DNA of 62,243 nucleotides, the filler included. It is 8 parts of 8 records of this genome, joined end to end, with 100 filler letters (N's around TTAATTAATTAA, not from the genome) between each part and the next. Parts side by side here need not be neighbours in the genome. Positions count along the whole stretch, not along the records: positions 11,214 to 20,932 come from SRR31147125_30438; positions 21,033 to 31,792 come from SRR31147125_30446; positions 31,893 to 38,528 come from SRR31147125_30460; 5 more parts are not named here. One strand, given 5' to 3'. The notes under the pieces are model-generated. The model saw only the letters and a list, made by a program, of their open reading frames with translations, had not been told where the DNA came from and did no database searches. The position numbers and the translations under genes are program-made. Positions 20,039 to 32,041 of this stretch are shown in pieces. Every line of letters starts with the position of its first letter. Position 1 is the first letter of the stretch.

Positions 20039-20254
20039 CTAATACTCCACCAAACTTTCAACTGCTGAGTCCATGAAAATTTCATCAAGAGGCAGGCCAA
20101 AAATTTCAGCTGTTTTTCTTTTAAATTCATTTGTTGCCTCGACACGATTGTTTTCAACCATGGATAAATACGTGGCACTACAGCCTAACAAGAAAGCCAA
20201 TTCATATTGTTTTAACCCAGCTTCCCACCTTTTCACTTTCAGAACATTCCTCAT
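20039..20254 (-). CDS. Xre/Cro-family helix-turn-helix protein
   Basis: 71 aa, GLKQYELAFLLGCSATYLSMVENN; AGGAG RBS. Confidence 0.85.
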   Translation of the reverse strand: MRNVLKVKRWEAGLKQYELAFLLGCSATYLSMVENNRVEATNEFKRKTAEIFGLPLDEIFMDSAVESLVEY

Positions 20255-20321
20255 AATAATTCTCCTTACAATGTTGCTTTTCTCTAATTGCTGCTGTTGA
20301 CTAGGTATTCTATTCCACTAT

Positions 20322-20932
20322 TTATGGTACAGTGCTGTTTACACTACTTTCTCCATGAAAAGAACTGTCCGGAATAAACTCCTGCTCCGGACCGTCAAGA
20401 TATTTAGTTCCACCTTTATGATGTTCTGGAATGACAGCAAGTATTGGCAGACCGAGACAATTACGGGCATCTTCTGCTGTATTAACAGAATGATCGAAAT
20501 ATTCTATAAAAAATGCAAATCCAAGACTCACAATGATGCCGATTAGAACTCCAAGCCCTATCATCAAAGGTTTATTAGGTGCAACCGGTTTGTATGGTAT
20601 CATGGCTGGTTCTAAAAGACGCACCTGAACAAGATGTTCACTTTTACTGGAAGCAATCCGTGCTTCTTCACGTTGTCTTATCAGCATAGAGTAAACACTT
20701 TTCAAATCTTCTATACCAATAGTAAGCTGGCCTAACTCATATTCCTGTTTTGAAAGTTTTGCAACCGAGTTGACAACCTGGTTCATACGCTGTGCCAGGG
20801 CATTTTCGGCTGCAAAGAGTGCTTTAATACTGGTTTCTTCCGCCTGGACAATATCATGAATTTCAGTGCGAATCTTGTTTTTTGTTTCTTTAATATCTGC
20901 CAGTACTGCTGCAAGATCCGGATGAGCTTCTT
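20322..20932 (-). CDS. Polysaccharide co-polymerase (GumC/Wzc membrane part), 5' truncated
   Basis: Coiled coil, VRLLEPAMIPYKPVAPNK, TM helix, EYFDHSVNTAED..LGLPILAVIP; frame open to the contig edge. Confidence 0.85.
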
Positions 20933-21032
20933 NNNNNNNNNNNNNNNNNNNNNNNNNNNNNNNNNNNNNNNNNNNNTTAATTAATTAANNNNNNNNNNNN
21001 NNNNNNNNNNNNNNNNNNNNNNNNNNNNNNNN
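20933..21032. other. Artificial contig linker
   Basis: N44-TTAATTAATTAA-N44. Confidence 0.99.
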
Positions 21033-21034
21033 AA

Positions 21035-21310
21035 AAGAGTATACCGGCACACTTTACTCTTTATCAGAATTACCCAAATCCTTTTAATCCCACAACCAGG
21101 ATAGAGTTTCAATTACCATCTTCTGATTTCGTCGGGCTTGTCGTTTACAATACGCTTGGCGAAACAGTTCAGACAATGATTGATGGTTTTTTACCGGCTG
21201 GAAAGCATCGAATTGAATTAAATGCTGCAGGATGGTCTGCAGGCCTCTATTTTTATCGCTTGAAAGCAGGTTTGTATTCTGAAACGAGAAAAATATTGTT
21301 AGTCAAATAG
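21035..21310 (+). CDS. C-terminus of a secreted protein with a T9SS type-A sorting domain (5' truncated; absent from the ORF track)
   Basis: Manual translation gives FTLYQNYPNPFNPTTRIEFQLP..VYNTLGETV..SAGLYFYRLKAG..TRKILLVK*. Confidence 0.88.
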   Translation, partial: KSIPAHFTLYQNYPNPFNPTTRIEFQLPSSDFVGLVVYNTLGETVQTMIDGFLPAGKHRIELNAAGWSAGLYFYRLKAGLYSETRKILLVK

Positions 21311-21351
21311 TGCATGTAGTAAATTTGCATATTCTGTATAGTAGGTGTAAA

Positions 21352-23181
21352 ATGAAAAGAAACATGTTGTTGAACGTTTTAATCCTGATGGCGTTTTGTT
21401 TATCTTTAACTGCATTGGCACAACAAGATAACAAGAGTATTGACAGGGAAAAGATTCTTACATCCTTAGAAAAGAAGCACCCGAGAGTGATCCTAAAAAA
21501 CGATCGGCTGGAACAGTTAAAAAGCCAATCAAAAGATGACACAGTATTGGCCAGGTATGTAAACGAAACCATAAAACAGGCAGATAAATTTTTGCTCGCT
21601 TCGCCTCTTGAGCACAAACTTATTGGCCCGCGACTTTTACATGTAAGCAGGGATTGTCGCACCCGAATTTATGCCCTGGGCCTTGCCTGGCGCTGGACCA
21701 ATGAAGAAAAATATGCCAGGGCAGCCGTGAAAAACCTGAAAACGGTGTGTGCCTTCCCGGATTGGAACAAGTCTCACTTTCTCGATGTGGCTGAAATGGC
21801 GCATGCTGTAGGCGTTGGCTATGACTGGCTATATCACTATATGGATGAGGAAACCCGTGATTTCATAAAAACCAATCTCATTGATAAGGCGCTCGTTTTG
21901 GGCATGGCCGGACTCGCAGGTGAATATATTGGCTATAACGGCTGGCCACATGATGAGCACAACTGGAATCAGGTTTGTAACGGTGGATTGATAATCGGTT
22001 CCCTTGCAATCGCTGAAACAGATCCGGGTTATGCGCGATTTATTATTCAAAAAGCTGTGGCAGCGCTGCCCACAGCCATGGTGAATTATGCACCGGATGG
22101 TGCCTGGATGGAAGGTCCTGGTTACTGGAGGTACGCAACCACTTATACAGCTTATGGATTGTCTGCCCTGGAAACAGCCCTGGGAACGACATTTGGCTTG
22201 AGTGCAATGAAGGGATTATCTGAAACCGGATATTTTCCGATCTATGCGACAGGACCAACCGGATTATATCTTAATTATGCCGATAGTGGAGAACGGAATG
22301 CCAGGCACTCCATGCCATGTCTGTTCTGGTTAGCGTCCACGTACAATAATTTATTTTATTCCGATTCGGAACATGAAATGGCCTTAAAATATGGCTCCAG
22401 TCCTGAGCATGTTATCTGGTACAGACCGCAATCCCACAAAAATGATTATGTCAAAGACCTGGATCGGTACTTTGGCGGCCAGGTAGAAGTGGCCTTTTTT
22501 CGAAGTTCCTGGGAAGATCCCAATGCTCTGTTTGTGGGCGTAAAGGCAGGCTATAACCGGGTGAACCATGGGCATCTGGATTTAGGCAATTTTGAGTTGG
22601 ATGCTTTGGGCGTTCGTTGGGTGCGGGATTTGGGGTCTGATGGCTACAACCTGCCCGGTTATTTTGATAAAAAACCAGGTGGGAAACGCTGGCAATATTA
22701 TCGCATGCTTTCTGTCAGTCATAATGTCCCGGTTATTGCAGGACAGAATCAGCTTGTGGATGCAACAGCCAGGTTCATCGATGTCAAAACCGGAATAGAC
22801 GAACCTGAAGTGAAAGTGGATTTGACCAGTGCCTATGCGAATTACGCCAGGCAGGTGACAAGAACGGTGCGTATGGTGGAAAACAGAAAAGCTGTTGAAA
22901 TAATAGATGGATTCAAATTAATCAAAAAGCAGGATATCGCGTGGGGTATAACAACGGATGCGACCATCCAGGTTAACAAAAATAAAGCACTCCTGGAACT
23001 GGATGGAAAACAAATGAACGTCCGGATCCTTTCTCCTGATTCGGCTGAATTTGTTGCGGAATCTGCAGAACAAAAACCACCTGAAAAACAAAATAAAGGT
23101 GTCAGCAGACTCGAAATTCATATCCCGCACGCGCAGAAAGAGACAACCATAAAAGTTTTGTTTTCCCCGATATTTAACTAA
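21352..23181 (+). CDS. Heparinase II/III-like polysaccharide lyase
   Basis: Signal peptide, HPR, NWNQVCNGG, EGPGYWRY, HGHLDLGNF, SHNV. Confidence 0.82.
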   Translation: MKRNMLLNVLILMAFCLSLTALAQQDNKSIDREKILTSLEKKHPRVILKNDRLEQLKSQSKDDTVLARYVNETIKQADKFLLASPLEHKLIGPRLLHVSRDCRTRIYALGLAWRWTNEEKYARAAVKNLKTVCAFPDWNKSHFLDVAEMAHAVGVGYDWLYHYMDEETRDFIKTNLIDKALVLGMAGLAGEYIGYNGWPHDEHNWNQVCNGGLIIGSLAIAETDPGYARFIIQKAVAALPTAMVNYAPDGAWMEGPGYWRYATTYTAYGLSALETALGTTFGLSAMKGLSETGYFPIYATGPTGLYLNYADSGERNARHSMPCLFWLASTYNNLFYSDSEHEMALKYGSSPEHVIWYRPQSHKNDYVKDLDRYFGGQVEVAFFRSSWEDPNALFVGVKAGYNRVNHGHLDLGNFELDALGVRWVRDLGSDGYNLPGYFDKKPGGKRWQYYRMLSVSHNVPVIAGQNQLVDATARFIDVKTGIDEPEVKVDLTSAYANYARQVTRTVRMVENRKAVEIIDGFKLIKKQDIAWGITTDATIQVNKNKALLELDGKQMNVRILSPDSAEFVAESAEQKPPEKQNKGVSRLEIHIPHAQKETTIKVLFSPIFN

Positions 23182-23234
23182 AAAAGTGAATCTGATTTCA
23201 ATTTGCTGCAAAACAAAAATAAACGCAAAGTATA

Positions 23235-26200
23235 TTGAATATGAATAAAAAAATCACCATTCTGTTTGTTTTTTTGATGATGTATCCGGTCTTTTCTGGT
23301 ATAGCTGAATCAAAAGGGGTTGTTGAATATGTTAATCCATTTATTGGAACGGATAATTCCTTTCGCCCGTCGTTGTGGGAGGCAAATGGTGGCACATATC
23401 CTGGTGCCGCTCTCCCTTTTGGTATGGTTCAACTCACGCCGGAAGGTTACCGTTATAAGGATGAGCGCATAAAGGGTTTCAGCTTTTTGACCATACCAGT
23501 GGATACCCCAATGGCTCATCAGGTCGTTTCCATATTATGCCATTTGTCGGCGATTACAAGGATAAGGAAAAGTTGTTTTCCAGTTTTACTCACGAGAACG
23601 AAACGGCACAGCCCGGGTACTATCGTGTAATGTTGTCTGATTATAATATCAATGCCGAGTTAACTGTGACTCCTCGTACCGGCTTTTGCAGATTTACTTT
23701 TCCTCAATCCAAAAGTTCACATATTTTGCTGTCTGATCTAAATAACGCACAGGTTCTGGATTCAAAACATATTGCCGGACAATCCGGACGTTATTATTTC
23801 GCAGCCGAATTTGAAAAGTCTTTTTTTAAAACAGAGACTCAAAACAATGGAATTTTAGTCAACTTTAGCACAAAACACAATGAGGTTATCCAGGTAAAGA
23901 TCGGATTCTCGCTAACAAGTGTTAAAGCAGCTCAAAACAACCTGTCTGCCGGGATCCCTGACTGGGATTTTGATAACATCAAAACAAACGCCCGTACAGC
24001 GTGGAACAAGGAGTTGAGCCGTATTAAGGTAAAAGGCGGATCGGAGGCTCAAAAAACGATCTTTTATACAGCTCTTTACCATTCGCTTTTAGATCCTCAT
24101 TTACAATCAGATGTCACAGATGCTGAGGTCTTTTATTCCTATCTGTCTCCATGGGATAGTTATAGAAGTAAACATCCGTTAATAACGCTGCTAATGCCGG
24201 ATCGACAATCTGATTTCGTCAAATCTGTGTTGAAACGCTACCAGCAAAGTGGGAGTCTGCCCACCGGACCGATGACGGGTAATCACAATATACCGCTCAT
24301 TGTTGATAGTTATTTCAAAGGCATAACGGATTTTGATCAGGATATTGCCTGGGAGGCTATGCGAAAAAGCATTCTGGAGCCACCTTATGCCCGCAAAGAT
24401 ATCGCAAGTTATCTGCAATACAAGTACGTTCCGGCGGAGATAAGCTATTCGGTTACAAAGACACTTGAATACGCTTACAATGATTGGGCTTTATCCGCGT
24501 TTGCCAGGAAACTGGGAAAAGAAAAAGATGCCCAACAGCTGATCGAACGATCCTTCAGTTACAGGAATATTTTTAATCCTGAGACCAAATTTATGCAGGC
24601 CAAAACCCGCTCCGGCCAGTGGGTAAATGGAGGCTTTCGGGAAGGTGATAAATGGAATTATACCTGGTTTGTACCTCATAATGTAAATGATCTGATCAAT
24701 CTTTTAGGCGGCAAAGAAAAGTTTACTCAAAAGTTTGAGACCTGTTTTGAACAAGGGCATTATTACCATGACAATGAACCGCCACTGCATTATGCCTACC
24801 TTTTTAATTACGCCGGGGCTCCCTGGTTGACACAAAAATGGGTGTCTCATATTATGGCGTCGAATTATAGTGCGGCTCCGGGCGGTCTGCCGGGAAATGA
24901 TGATTTAGGCGCTTTATCAGCCTGGTACGTCCTCAGTGCCATGGGATTTTATCCGGTGTGCCCGGGAAAACCGGTTTACGAAATCGGTGCGCCCCTTTTT
25001 GAGGAAATGAGAATTCAGCTTGAGGATGGGAACGAATTTGTTGTCAAGGCAACCAACCATTCCGTACAAAATAAATTTATTGATAAAGTGAGTTTGAATG
25101 GATCATTCATAAACAGATCCTGGTTGACCCATGATGAAATAAAAAATGGCGGAGAATTATCTTTTTCCATGAGCTCTCAGCCAAACAAGCTATGGGCACA
25201 TACCGAAGATACGTTACCTGCATCCGTGACAATGGGACATCCATCTTTCCAGCTGGATGGTTTTTCACTTTCTCATGAAGAAATTAAAGCGAATGAACCG
25301 TTTGATATCCGTTTTACCGTAAAAAATACAGGTACAGCGCCTAGCACAGCAGATATTCCCGTGCTTGTGGATGATAAAATAAAAGAAATTCATTCCGTCA
25401 TCGTTGATCCGAATGAACTAGTTCATGTAAATAAACCTTTTAGACTCTACTCTCCAGGTGAGCACACGATATCTGTAACTGGTCTCAAAGCGGCGAATGT
25501 GCGTGTAAAGCCTGTTGAGCCGGCATTCGTGTATACGGATTACAAAATGCCTTCTCCTCCGATTATGAAAATAAATGAGCCGGCACATTTTTCAGCAACA
25601 GTTAAGAATATTGGAAGTTATCCTGCTGTTGCAGAAACGCGTTTATATGTTGATGACATACCCGCTGATGTGAAAAAGACCAATCTTGAACCCGGAGAAG
25701 AACATGTTGTTATTTTAAAAAAATCTTTTGCTGAGCAAGGACTGGCAAGTATAAAAATTGAAGATTTAAATTCACAAAAATTTAGAAGTTATGATCCTGG
25801 TAACCAGGATCATAAGAATTTGATGGTCGGTTCTGAATGGGAGCCGATTTTGATATTTAACTTTGATGATATATCGGGTGGAATTGTCAAAGATTATTCC
25901 GGTTTCGCCAGTAACGGCATTGTCCATGGAGATGTCGAACAGGTGAATGGACTCTATGGCAAGGCTATATGCACAAAATGCACCAAAAGGAAATTATGTT
26001 GAGATTCCTGTCAATCCCAACATGCAAAAGATCGCGAAAAGTCGTTCCTTAACCATGATGGCCTGGATTTACCCCATGGAAGAAAGCAATTTTGCTGATT
26101 TCCTGACGCAGGGAGACTGGAATGTGCTGCAGGTGCGCGCCAGTAATACAGCTGTGAATTTTTATTCCGGTGGTTACCAGCGTGGTGAAGCGTATGCTGA

Positions 26201-26486
26201 AGCTCCGGCTAATTGGAACAGGAATTGGCACCATGTCGCAGGAGTGACAGAAAAAAATGAACAAAAGTTGTACATTGATGGCCAATTGCTGGCAACCAAG
26301 GAAATTGAGATCATTGCTAAAGACGGCAGGGCGAATGAAATTGGAGAGGCCAGTATCCCGTGGAATGTTGGCCGCAATGCACAAAATCCGGACAGAGTAT
26401 TTAATGGATATATCGATGAGGTTCGGATATATCTGCAAGCACTGCCACAGGAAGATATTATTAAAATCATGTTGAATGAAGAGTAA
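23235..26486 (+). CDS. GH92 alpha-mannosidase with Ig/CARDB-like and LamG domains (two frameshifts)
   Basis: YVNPFIGT, PGAALPFGMVQLTP, FYTALYH, TLEYAYND, REG, HDNEP, GNDDLG; the three ORFs join with +T at 23484-23488 and -A at about 25975. Confidence 0.85.
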
Positions 26487-26507
26487 CTCAAAATGTAAAG
26501 GCCCATA

Positions 26508-28550
26508 ATGAAAAAATGCATATTGGCAATAATGGTTTATGTGTTCTGTTTATGTTTTTCACTATCAGCTGAAACAAAGTATATGCCCACCTGGGAATCA
26601 TTGGATAAGCGACCCAATCCATCCTGGTATAAAGAGGCCAAATTTGGCATATTTATTCATTGGGGCGTCTATTCTGTTCCGGCGTGGTCCCCAAAAGGAA
26701 CCTATTCCGAATGGTATTGGGATGCCATGAATGATAAAGAGAGTGAAACCTGGGCATTTCATACAAAAACATATGGTGAATTCTTCCAATATCAGGATTT
26801 TGCGCCCATGTTTCGTGCCGAGCTTTTTAATCCTGATTTATGGGCGGATGTCTTTAAAAAATCAGGAGCCGGATATGTTGTCCTTACCTCCAAACACCAT
26901 GATGGATTCTGTTTATGGCCAAGTCCGGATAGCTGGAACTGGAACAGTGTGGATATTGGCCCGCATCGGGATTTGTTAGGCGATTTGACAAAAGCGGTTC
27001 GGGACAAGGGCTTAAAAATGGGTTTTTACTATTCTCTGTATGAATGGTATCATCCACTTTATACATCAGATATTAACCGTTATGTTGATGAGCACATGAT
27101 CCCGCAATTCAAACATCTGGTGGAAAATTATCAACCTTCACTTATATTTACCGATGGTGAATGGGATCATGTTTCTGATGTCTGGAAAAGTCCGGAACTT
27201 TTGGCCTGGCTGTTTAACGAATCTCCGTGCCGCGAAGAAGTGGTTATCAATGACCGCTGGGGCAAAGAATGTCGTGGCGTACATGGTGGTTACTATACCA
27301 CAGAATATGGATATATATTTGATGAAAAACCAGAAAGTTTTAAGATCCGCGGATGGGAGGAAAACCGGGGAATTGGCGCTTCTTTTGGCTATAACAGAAA
27401 TGAAGATATTCAGGATTATAACTCTGCTTCAGAACTAATACATCTTTTAGTACAAATTGTTGCCAAAGGAGGGAATTTGCTCCTGGATATCGGTCCCACT
27501 GCTGATGGCAGAATTCCGGTTATTATGCAGGAGCGGCTTTTGCAAATCGGTGAATGGTTAAAAATCAATGGGAAAGCCATTTATGGCAGTATCCCTTATG
27601 AACGGTCACATGAAGGAGAGGATATCTGGTTTACCAGAAGCAAAGATGGACGTTTTGTCTACGCTGTTTCGTTAAAATGGCCCGGAAAAGAACTTGCTCT
27701 GGAAAAGTTGAGAGCAAAAAAGAATTCCCGTATAACCATGCTTGGTTATGATAAAGATCTGGAATGGCATCAGGATGAAAATGGCTTAGCCATTCAGTGT
27801 CCTACGGGCATCCAGAATGTCGTTAAATTGCCCGGTTCTGCTTATGTATTTAAAGTGGAACTGGAGCCACGGAAATTTATTGACACACCTGCTATATCTC
27901 CGGTTGGTGGTCGCGTAACGTTTCCGGCGGAAATAAAAATATCAACCAAATTGCCGGGTACAGACATTTATTATACCCTTGATGGCAGCGAGCCAAACCG
28001 GAAATCGCAGAAATATGCTGGCAAGCTGGTCCTGTCAAATCCGGCTATGGTGAGAACAAAAGCCTATAAAAATGATGCCATCTCCAGTGAATTGAACATG
28101 GCGGATTTTATTTCCATAGAGAATGGATTGTCATACAAGTATTACGAAGGTTCCTGGGATTTCTTACCGGATTTAAACTCTATGAAGCCGGTGAAAAAAG
28201 GTATTGTCGACTATTTTAATTTTACTCCTGCACAGCAGGAAGACTATTATGGCTTTGTTTATAACGGTTTTATTGATATTAAAATAGAGGGCGATTATAC
28301 TTTTTATACCATCTCAGATGACGGTTCCAGGCTTTTCGTGAATAATAAAAAAATCGTCGATAATGATGGCAAACATGGAAGAATTGAAAAAAGTGGTACG
28401 ATAAATTTGGATGCCGGTTTCCATGCCCTTGAATGTCACTTTTTTGAAGATAAAGTTGGTCAGGATTTGGAGGTGTGGTATAAAGGCCCGGGTATTGAAA
28501 AACAGAAAATACCGGCATCCAGGATATTTATCAATAAAAAAGACAGATAA
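26508..28550 (+). CDS. GH29 alpha-L-fucosidase with chitobiase/FN3-like and PA14 domains
   Basis: KFGIFIHWGVYSVP, TSKHHDGF, INDRW, GGNLLLDIGP; IYYTLDGSEP; SDDGSRL..DNDGKH (PA14). Confidence 0.92.
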   Translation: MKKCILAIMVYVFCLCFSLSAETKYMPTWESLDKRPNPSWYKEAKFGIFIHWGVYSVPAWSPKGTYSEWYWDAMNDKESETWAFHTKTYGEFFQYQDFAPMFRAELFNPDLWADVFKKSGAGYVVLTSKHHDGFCLWPSPDSWNWNSVDIGPHRDLLGDLTKAVRDKGLKMGFYYSLYEWYHPLYTSDINRYVDEHMIPQFKHLVENYQPSLIFTDGEWDHVSDVWKSPELLAWLFNESPCREEVVINDRWGKECRGVHGGYYTTEYGYIFDEKPESFKIRGWEENRGIGASFGYNRNEDIQDYNSASELIHLLVQIVAKGGNLLLDIGPTADGRIPVIMQERLLQIGEWLKINGKAIYGSIPYERSHEGEDIWFTRSKDGRFVYAVSLKWPGKELALEKLRAKKNSRITMLGYDKDLEWHQDENGLAIQCPTGIQNVVKLPGSAYVFKVELEPRKFIDTPAISPVGGRVTFPAEIKISTKLPGTDIYYTLDGSEPNRKSQKYAGKLVLSNPAMVRTKAYKNDAISSELNMADFISIENGLSYKYYEGSWDFLPDLNSMKPVKKGIVDYFNFTPAQQEDYYGFVYNGFIDIKIEGDYTFYTISDDGSRLFVNNKKIVDNDGKHGRIEKSGTINLDAGFHALECHFFEDKVGQDLEVWYKGPGIEKQKIPASRIFINKKDR

Positions 28551-28574
28551 TAAATTTTGTAACAGGAGCTATAA

Positions 28575-30779
28575 ATGCACAAGCTATCAATTTTGTTAAT
28601 CCTATTCACATGCCATGTTCTTTTTGCCCAATTTCCATCTCAACCTGACTGGTTATTAGTAGATGTGGACAAACCCGTAAAAGTGACAGAAAAAAAGAGT
28701 GGTAAGGATCTCGTATTGTCAAATGGACTCATTGAGCGGGTTTTTCGAGTCGTTCCAAATATGACCACTTCAAGTCTACGGTATATTAATGGCGGCGACG
28801 AATTTATTCGAGGCGTCAAGCCAGAGGCTCTGATAACAATAAATAGCAGGGAATATAAAATAGGTGGCCTCAATGGCCAGCCTGATTACGGCTATTTAAA
28901 TCCGGATTGGCTCAACCCGATGACCTCAGACTCGCTGTCTTTTGTTTATTCCAGCTATTCTATTGAAGAAATTAAGCCGAGATTCCCATGGAAAAGAAAA
29001 CGTTACAGTCAGGATAAACCCTGGCCGCCAAAAAGGTTTGGAACTGGTTATTCAATTTGATCCGCCAAAGCAACTAAAAGAACGATACAAGGATCTCTCG
29101 GTTTCTATTCATTACGAAATGTATGAAAATATACCGGTACTGTGTAAATGGCTTACCATTCATAATGGCTCTGATGATAATATGATTATCAATAGCGTTA
29201 CCACCGAAGTCCTGGCGATTACAGAACGGCGGAGTGAGGTGAGCCTGATAAGATCGACAAAACCACGAAAATTTCCAAACGATATCGATCCAAACGACTG
29301 GGCCAGAATATCCAGGCATGCCCTGCATGTGGAAAGTGACTATGCTTTTTGTGGCGGCACCGCAGATGGAGCAGATCAGACAACTTTTTGGGTTCCGGAT
29401 GAACAATATGAGACTCAGATCCATTATGACCGGACCTGGCCTCATTTGCTAACCTGCCACTATCCATACGGACCGGACATTGAATTAAAACCAGGAGAGG
29501 ATTTTGAGTCTTTTCGCAATTTTATTCTTTTATTCGACACCGATGATTTTGAACGTCGTGGTTTGGCCCTGCGCAGAATGTATCGCACTTTGACCCCCTG
29601 GACAACAGAAAATCCAATTCTCATGCACCTTCGTTACAGTGATTCCAAATTGATCCGAAATGCGGTTGATCAATGTGTTGAGGTTGGATTTGAAATGATC
29701 GTCCTCAGTTTTGGCAGCGGTTTCAATATGGAAAGTGAAGATCCGGAGTATCTGGCAAAAGTAAAAGCTGATTTTGATTACGCTCACAGCAAAGGAATTG
29801 AAATAGGCGGATATTCACTTTTGGCGTCTTGTTCGGTTGCTCCGGAATATGATGTCATCGATCCAAAAACAAATAAACCTGGGGCTTATTTTGGCAATTC
29901 TCCGTGTCTCGTCAGTCAGTGGGGTGAAGATTATTTTAACAAACTAAAGAACTTTATTAAAGCCACAGGCACGGATATCCTGGAACACGACGGTTCCTAT
30001 CCCGGTGATGTGTGTGCGTCCATACATCATAAAGGTCATCGAGGTCTGCAGGATTCACAGTACGAGCAATTTAAAAAAATCCAGGAATTCTATCACTGGT
30101 GTCGGGAAAACGGTGTCTATTTGAATGTTCCGGATTGGTACTATTTTAATGGATCAAACAAGTCGGCTATGGGCTATCGGGAAACCAACTGGAGCCTGCC
30201 AAGGGAATTACAGGTCATCCATGGCCGGCAAAATATCTATGATGGAACCTTTGGAAAAACGCCCAGTATGGGCTGGATGTTTGTGCCATTGGTGGAATAC
30301 CATGGCGGCGGAGCTGCTGCAACCCTGGAACCCTCAGTGAGCATCTGGATGCGTACAACGCTCATCTTGCCTATAATTTTGGCTCTGGCGTACAGGCGTG
30401 CTATCGGGGACCGCGTTTGTACGATACAGAAGAAACAAAAGCAGTGGTCAAAAAATGGGTTGATTTTTATAAAAAATACCGTTTAATTCTCGATTCGGAT
30501 ATCATTCACATCCGCAGGCCGGATGGCCGCGATATTGATGCCATTCTTCATGTTAATCCCCGCCTTGAAGAAAAAGGCCTGGTTATGGTCTATAATCCCC
30601 TTAATCAGCGAGTGGAAAAAGAATTAACCGTACCGCTTTATTATACGGGTCTCTCTGATAAAACCAGGATCCGTGAACAGGAAGGCTCATGGAAAAAGTA
30701 TGATCTGGATCGACATTATAATGTGAAAATTCCCCTCAGAATGGAGCCAAACAGTGTAACCTGGTTTGTGATTAAATGA
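28575..30779 (+). CDS. Secreted alpha-galactosidase-like (TIM-barrel) glycosidase (two frameshifts)
   Basis: Three ORFs join with -A at about 29030 (PPKGLEL) and +C at about 30331 (TLEPLSEHLDAY); signal peptide; SFGSGFNME, HDGSYPG, MGYRETNWSLPR. Confidence 0.65.
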
Positions 30780-30957
30780 TGAAAAGTTTGTAGACATTCC
30801 GGATCTTGTTAAATAGAATGAAAAATATCACTATTCTTATCAATCGATGATACCGGGTTGATTAAGAAAATCGTAAATAAATCGTTAATTATTGAATTAT
30901 CATATAAATCAATACTCATATTTTGCAGATATGTGATGTACGTGGAGGTACAATTAG

Positions 30958-31792
30958 ATGGAAAAGGTTCGAATCAAAGATAAAATGCGCAGTGCTTATT
31001 CACCGCAACAATGGTTAGGTGTGCAAATTGAAAAGATGATGGAATATCAATTTGAGGATCGAATAAAAATTGATAACTGGCAGATCAGGCAGGCATTTTA
31101 TCATGAACCGGGACAATATGAATGGATCGATAAAGAGTGGACACCATATCGTCCGGGCGATGAATGGGGCGGAGAAAACTATACGGCTTTTTTCAGGACA
31201 ACAGTGACCATTCCTGAGAAATTTAACGGAAAATATTGCGCTCTGCATTTAAAGCCGGGCGGTGAGGGTTTGATACGATTAAATGGCGATCCCTTTGCCG
31301 GGTTGGATACCAAGCATGATATCGTATTTCTCTCGAAAAACGCAACAGGTGGAGAAATATTTGACATTGAAATTGAGCAAACTGTGAACGAGATGGAAAT
31401 GTTTATCGTTTTGCATCGTTTCAGCGTCGCGGAACTGGTTGTACTGGATCGTGAAGTGGAGAACGCTTATTTTGATTTTAAATGTTTGTATGAAATCATG
31501 TCAACACCTGAGGCTCACACTGACGTTGCCTCCTTTTTATTTGATGAACTGAAAAAAAGCATAGCTATGGTTAATTTTGACGCGAGTCGTCAGGAATTCC
31601 GTGACAGTCTGCTGCAGGCTCAAAAGGTTTTGCAGGACAATGTGTATAATTCCGGTCGATACAAACATGAAGGCCGGTTGAATATGGTTGGACACAGTCA
31701 TCTTGATCTTGTCTATCAATGGGATTATAATGAATTCTTACGCAAAATAGGGCGCACCCACTCCACGACCTTAAACATGATGCGGGAATTCC
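30958..31792 (+). CDS. GH38 alpha-mannosidase, N-terminal part (3' truncated)
   Basis: GDEWGG, GEGLI, VGHSHLDLVYQW..KIGRT zinc-binding motif. Confidence 0.85.
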
Positions 31793-31892
31793 NNNNNNNN
31801 NNNNNNNNNNNNNNNNNNNNNNNNNNNNNNNNNNNNTTAATTAATTAANNNNNNNNNNNNNNNNNNNNNNNNNNNNNNNNNNNNNNNNNNNN
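31793..31892. other. Artificial contig linker
   Basis: N44-TTAATTAATTAA-N44. Confidence 0.99.
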
Positions 31893-32041
31893 TTATACAA
31901 TATATTTATACATTATTCAACCCTTTTTTACAATTTACAACACTATTTTGTTGACTTTTTTATATAATTATGTTGAATTTATATTGATTAATGATATACT
32001 ATATCTACATTATAATAATAGTTATATAAAGAGGTTGAAAA

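Noticed and set aside
18998..20254. Transposon or prophage (HTH plus TniB/IstB-like ATPase)
   Set aside because: No integrase or transposase and no terminal repeats; the ATPase has ExeA-type motifs and sits within the EPS operon
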